This document shows positions 14,866 through 18,912 of a stretch of 18,912 nucleotides of DNA, in pieces. Origin of the DNA: Planctomycetota bacterium (GTDB taxonomy: Bacteria; Planctomycetota; UBA1135). The first letter of the stretch is position 1, and each line of letters begins with the position of its first letter. The position numbers and the translations under genes are program-made. A model generated the notes under the pieces. The model had not been told where the DNA came from, did not search any database, and was given only the letters and a program-made list of their open reading frames with translations. Location: assembly GCA_045047305.1 (NCBI GenBank), contig JASFYO010000066.1, positions 1-18,912 of the forward strand. The letters run 5' to 3'.

Positions 14866-16130
14866 TGGACAGAGTTCGGGTCGTGGGACCAGGTGCTTGG
14901 AGCGATGTTCCAAGATGGGATTTCCTCCACCGAGGGTTTTCCAATATCAAAAGTGATTTGCCGAGTCCCGGATGCGGTCGCGCTGTGAATAAAAACACGG
15001 CTTGGAGTTCCGGATAAACCTTGCAGTTTGCGTTGGATTTCTTTTGGCAAATCTGGAAAAGTTGAAAAGAGTCCAGGGATTTTGGCGTCGCCAGCTAAGT
15101 TTTCGAAAACTACCCAATCACGCTGGCCAAGTCGAACAATGGTGCGGTTCCCATCCAAAATGACTTCAGCAGATAATCCCTCCGGCGGTGCATAGGCCAA
15201 GGTCTCTTTGATGCGATCGACGGTCTGTTTGATTTTCGCTCCAGCTTTGGCTCGCTTACTTTCGGGTAGTTTTTTTAGTTTGGCTTGAAGGCGTAGCATG
15301 CGGCTTCGGGAGCTTTCAAAAGCTTGGTCATTGGAGCTCCAGGATTTGTCCACACCCAGGTTTTTTAGATGGACCTTCCATATCCCTTCGGCTGTGGAAA
15401 GGCTGCGAATCCCATCAAAATCGAAAAAACTGGAGGCTTGGCCGCGATAAAGGTGGCTCGTAAGTTGTTTGGATTCGGCTTCCACGCCGGGCATGGAAAT
15501 CGTTTCTGTAATGCTGATTGGGAAGTGCGTTACTTGAATCAGGTCAGTCGTTTTAGGCGTAAGATAGAGGTCGAGCCATGCTTCCACTTCATCGTCGACA
15601 CCGATAATGCCCATGACGCTTTTGGGAAAGACTTCGTGTTCACTCAACAAGAACTTAGAATGACCTGTGACATGTAGGCTGCCATCAGTCAGAAGGCGAA
15701 CATCAATTGGGAACGAGCGAGCCTTGCTAATCCCACGAATAGTGTAGTTGCCGGAAAGAACCAGGGCACCTTGTCCGTCCATTAAATCGCCTTGTAGAGA
15801 AGAAATAGAGAAGCTGATGCGAGGGAATTGCGTAACTCCCAGGTTCTCAAACATATTTTCATTGCGGTCCTCGTTGTCGGTATCTAAAGATCCGGCTTGA
15901 CACCAAATATCACCGCCGGTCGTTTGCGCGATGGCGTTTAGATTTGCATGGGCACCGCCTCCTACTTGCTTGCAAATGCCGGTGAAATCGTGAAGGGTGG
16001 AAGTAGCATCAAATCCCACGGTGGATCGGGAGGCATCAACCTCCCACAGCTGAAACTGTGTGACTTCTTGAGCAAAAACTTGGGTGCCAGCTACTTGAGC
16101 TAACAAAAGTAAAGGAAGGAGGCGTTTCAT
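14862..16130 (-). CDS. Secreted YceI-family (lipid/polyisoprenoid-binding) protein with an extra ~220-aa C-terminal domain
   Basis: Signal peptide MKRLLPLLLLAQVAGTQVFA. YceI motifs W.VD..RSTVGF...STLHDFTG, SLDTDNEDRNENM...L....FPRISF, G..TIRGI and V.D.V. Confidence 0.85.
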   Translation of the reverse strand: MKRLLPLLLLAQVAGTQVFAQEVTQFQLWEVDASRSTVGFDATSTLHDFTGICKQVGGGAHANLNAIAQTTGGDIWCQAGSLDTDNEDRNENMFENLGVTQFPRISFSISSLQGDLMDGQGALVLSGNYTIRGISKARSFPIDVRLLTDGSLHVTGHSKFLLSEHEVFPKSVMGIIGVDDEVEAWLDLYLTPKTTDLIQVTHFPISITETISMPGVEAESKQLTSHLYRGQASSFFDFDGIRSLSTAEGIWKVHLKNLGVDKSWSSNDQAFESSRSRMLRLQAKLKKLPESKRAKAGAKIKQTVDRIKETLAYAPPEGLSAEVILDGNRTIVRLGQRDWVVFENLAGDAKIPGLFSTFPDLPKEIQRKLQGLSGTPSRVFIHSATASGTRQITFDIGKPSVEEIPSWNIAPSTWSHDPNSVH

Positions 16131-16696
16131 TTTCTTACAGGACTACCGGGTAATTTTGAAAAATGGTTGAGGCGTGAAAGAAGGCGTTCTTCTCCCCGGA
16201 TGCGGTGATTTAACAATGGCAACAGCGCTAGGTTTAACACGATAAGTGAGAACCAAGCTGATCCAGCTAAGGGGATGGCAATCATTTCCAACAGGACTCC
16301 AAAATAGTTGGGATGACGTAGGTGACGGTAGGGGCCAGTGAATACCACCGTCTGGGTACTGCTCACAATGCCGCGGGCATTCCACATGGGGCCAAGTGAT
16401 TTTTGTGACCATAGGCGCAAGGCTTGCCCGCTTAGCCAAAGTGCCATTGCAGCAAAGGATTGCAACAGAGGAATGGCTCTGGGCAGAAAGTACGCCTCCA
16501 CTAGAGGGGCGATTAGCAACGAAATTTGCACAAATACTAGGGCCCCAAACCATAGTGATTTTTCGCCGGGCCACAAAACCCCGCCCTTCGATTTGGTTTG
16601 TACTTGCAGTGTGCGTAGGTTTTTCTGCGAGAGCCGGAGCTCACACAACCGTTGTACGGCGGTCACCGCAATGAGGCTGATGAGGAGGATTGGCAT
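16127..16696 (-). CDS. Isoprenylcysteine carboxyl methyltransferase (ICMT)-family membrane methyltransferase, BpsB/SrsB-like, 189 aa (start reassigned to 16696)
   Basis: Motifs QRLCELRLSQKN, LRLWSQKSLGPMWN, GPYRHLRHPNY and RIRGEERLL. The ATG lies 1 nt after the PKS stop, and the stop overlaps the YceI ATG (ATGA). Confidence 0.88.
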   Translation of the reverse strand: MPILLISLIAVTAVQRLCELRLSQKNLRTLQVQTKSKGGVLWPGEKSLWFGALVFVQISLLIAPLVEAYFLPRAIPLLQSFAAMALWLSGQALRLWSQKSLGPMWNARGIVSSTQTVVFTGPYRHLRHPNYFGVLLEMIAIPLAGSAWFSLIVLNLALLPLLNHRIRGEERLLSRLNHFSKLPGSPVRK

Positions 16697-16697
16697 G

Positions 16698-17753
16698 TTA
16701 AAACTGATCCATGAGAAACATTTCCACTGACAAACCGGGTCCGAAGGCGACTCCAAGAGCATGTTTCCCTTTACCAGCTTGGAGCCCATCTAGGCGCGCT
16801 TGTTCCAGGACCATCAGAATTGAAACCGACGAAATGTTGCCGCGCAGACCGAGCGCTTTGCGGGAGGTCACGAGTGCGCCGTCCTCTAGATCCATAACCT
16901 GTTCATAGATATCTAGAATCCGACGTCCGCCAGTGTGCACCAAATGCAAACCGACTTGCTCGACACAAGATCCGTTCCTTTCAAGAAATTGGTCGACTAC
17001 CTCGCGCAAATGCTTTCGTAAAAGAACTGGTAGGGAACGATCTAGGACCAAGCGCAAACCATGAGTTCCAATGTCAAACCCCATGGCGTGCTTGGTGTCA
17101 GGGAAGAGATAGGTGCCAGAGGCCAGCAGCTGGGTTTCTTTTGCTTGCGCAACTCCCGGTGAAACCACAGCTGCGGCTGCTCCATCTCCAAAAAGAACAC
17201 CCGCAATCAAATTGGAGCGTTCCATGTCGCCGCGAATAAAGGACAGCGTGCACATTTCCACTGCAATGACCAAGACCGTTTGGCCATTGCGTGCAAGGTT
17301 CATCGCAATGCCAAGCGCTAAGGAACCGGCGGCGCATCCAGATTCTGTGATGGGAAGGCGTAGGACATCGGGGCGAAAGCCAAGGTCAGCCGATAGGGAG
17401 ACGTCGAGGGCTGGAATGCAGATGCCTGTGCAAGAAACATCGATGATGACATCTACTTGGTTGGCTTTGAGTTGCGCGTTGCATAGAGCTTTTTGGCTCG
17501 CGTCCAGGGCATGCTTGTGCGCATGTTCTGCGTACATCAAATTGCGTTCACTGAAATCTTTGAGTTGAAGAAGCTCAGCTGGCGGCAAGGCCGTGTGACG
17601 TTGACTCACGCCGGAGTTCTGGATAAGACTTGCGATGAACTCGGTATCTTCGTCGGGAAACAATCCTTTCAAGGCATCTAATGTTTCCTCAGCATTCACC
17701 AGGTTGTCGGGAAAGGAAGTCGCTACAGAAAGCAAGCGTGGATGAAAAGTCAT
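16698..17753 (-). CDS. Type III polyketide synthase (chalcone synthase-like), 351 aa (start reassigned to 17753)
   Basis: Cys-His-Asn triad in GCAAG, HTGG and GNISS. Also VSCTG...PALD, EMCTL, LFGDGAAA and FGPGLSVE. The ATG lies 1 nt after the MMPL stop. Confidence 0.93.
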   Translation of the reverse strand: MTFHPRLLSVATSFPDNLVNAEETLDALKGLFPDEDTEFIASLIQNSGVSQRHTALPPAELLQLKDFSERNLMYAEHAHKHALDASQKALCNAQLKANQVDVIIDVSCTGICIPALDVSLSADLGFRPDVLRLPITESGCAAGSLALGIAMNLARNGQTVLVIAVEMCTLSFIRGDMERSNLIAGVLFGDGAAAAVVSPGVAQAKETQLLASGTYLFPDTKHAMGFDIGTHGLRLVLDRSLPVLLRKHLREVVDQFLERNGSCVEQVGLHLVHTGGRRILDIYEQVMDLEDGALVTSRKALGLRGNISSVSILMVLEQARLDGLQAGKGKHALGVAFGPGLSVEMFLMDQF

Positions 17754-17754
17754 A

Positions 17755-18912
17755 CTAAGAATCAGCCCGTGAGGAGGGCAAAAGGAAGGCAGGGAGCAGA
17801 ATGAGATCTGCAGGTAAGGATGCCGCGGCGCCAATTGCCGTGAGGAGGCCGAAACGCGCGGTAGGAGTGAAGCCTGAGAAGGCTAAGCTGGCAAAGCCAA
17901 TGGCTAAGGCACATGCTGAGATGGCCGCTGGGGGGCCAACACGACGGAAGCTAGCACGCATGCCATCCAGGTCAGCCTTCGTTCCGTGGAAGGCATGGAG
18001 TAAGTGAAAGGTGTTGTCGACCGCTAAACTAAGAACCACTGCAGCGACCATCACCGATGCGGCGTCGAGTTCAAAACCGAGTAAGAAGGCCGCAATTAAA
18101 CTGCATGCCACAGGAACCAAGTTGACGATGACGACGCCAATCCTTTGGCGCCAACTGCGGGTAACCAAGAGGAAGAAAAGGAAGGTGGCAAGGAGGGTCA
18201 AGCCTAAAGACCGGACTAAGGTGCCAATCAAATCGTCTTGCATGTGAAGCATGAGCGGCATCGTTCCCGTGACGATGGTTTCCAGCCCAAGTGAGTCTTC
18301 TAAGGCGTCCATGTGAGTGCGCAAGGCATCCACCGTGGTCAGAACCGTTTCAGAGCCACCACTTGGTAAGCGTAGGGTCCAACGTGCCCATTCACCTTGC
18401 TCACCAAAGCGTTCCGCCTGGCGTAAAGCGAGTCCGCTCAAAAAATTGGCGTCGGAATGCGCGGAGGATAAATCGCGCAGGACATCGGTGGGGCCAAAGC
18501 TTCCGCGAGTGCCTGGGAAATCAACTAAGCCATCCCCTACAGTCTTTAGTGCAGCATCTTGGGATCGCCAAGTATCTCCGTTGGCATGCCGCGCTAATAT
18601 TTCTACAGTGGTTAATCCGGTGCCATCGGCCTCGATGGATGCAAAGTCTTGTTTTAGAGAATCACTTTCCGGGAAGTAGCGAAGAGCATTGGTATTACTT
18701 CCAAGATGGTGGAAGGCGAAAAAACCACCGGCGAGTATAAGGACCCCGATGACCACAAGGCCTTTGCGCATGCGGAAGGACGAGAGAGCTAAGTCTCCAA
18801 AGAATTTCGCTGGCGTTTTATGGCTTCCAGAGCTTGGTCCTCTTTTGACCAGAGGGAACAGCATGGGCAAGAAGAGATAAAAGGCAGGTACGAATACTAA
18901 TATGCTGCAGGC
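17755..18912 (-). CDS. MMPL/RND-superfamily lipid transporter, C-terminal half (5' end outside the window)
   Basis: The frame is open to the window edge (ACSILVFVPAFYLFLPML...). A TM segment and periplasmic loop are followed by five TMs with VTG, VNLVP, LSLAVDNTFH, VGPP...S and GFASLAFSGFTPTARFGLL. Confidence 0.88.
   Translation of the reverse strand, partial: ACSILVFVPAFYLFLPMLFPLVKRGPSSGSHKTPAKFFGDLALSSFRMRKGLVVIGVLILAGGFFAFHHLGSNTNALRYFPESDSLKQDFASIEADGTGLTTVEILARHANGDTWRSQDAALKTVGDGLVDFPGTRGSFGPTDVLRDLSSAHSDANFLSGLALRQAERFGEQGEWARWTLRLPSGGSETVLTTVDALRTHMDALEDSLGLETIVTGTMPLMLHMQDDLIGTLVRSLGLTLLATFLFFLLVTRSWRQRIGVVIVNLVPVACSLIAAFLLGFELDAASVMVAAVVLSLAVDNTFHLLHAFHGTKADLDGMRASFRRVGPPAAISACALAIGFASLAFSGFTPTARFGLLTAIGAAASLPADLILLPAFLLPSSRADS

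Noticed and set aside
10363..18912. Genomic island integrated at tRNA-Lys (accessory genes begin right after the tRNA)
   Set aside because: No integrase or transposase is present, I saw no duplicate of the tRNA 3' end, and the native terminator directly follows the tRNA. A distal att site beyond the window cannot be excluded.
1..18912. CRISPR array, rRNA or insertion sequence
   Set aside because: I saw no regularly spaced repeats, rRNA-like sequence, terminal inverted repeats or transposase ORFs.

Overview
Bacterial chromosomal window, probably from a Planctomycetota (PVC-group) organism. This is inferred from the groEL-groES-groEL-dnaJ order, an NPCBM/NEW2 protein, a TIGR02999-type ECF sigma factor next to a TPR Ser/Thr kinase, and generally weak Shine-Dalgarno sites. 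The left part is housekeeping. It holds a minus-strand chaperone operon (groEL, groES, groEL, dnaJ, probable grpE start) behind a near-consensus sigma54 promoter, an NPCBM lipoprotein and a pseudo-receiver diguanylate cyclase whose RBS lies in a hairpin. These are followed by the rpsB-tsf-pyrH-frr-tRNA-Lys(UUU) operon with promoter, structured leader and terminator. The right part is accessory. It holds a DUF3750 lipoprotein, a phosphorylation-type ECF sigma/membrane kinase pair and a tightly coupled minus-strand operon. That operon encodes an MMPL/RND exporter (truncated by the window edge), a type III polyketide synthase, an ICMT-family (BpsB/SrsB-like) methyltransferase and a secreted YceI protein fused to a DUF4412-like domain. 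It is the best candidate for an undescribed system: a module that makes, methylates, exports and carries a polyketide lipid across the periplasm. All assignments come from motif reading; no searches were run.
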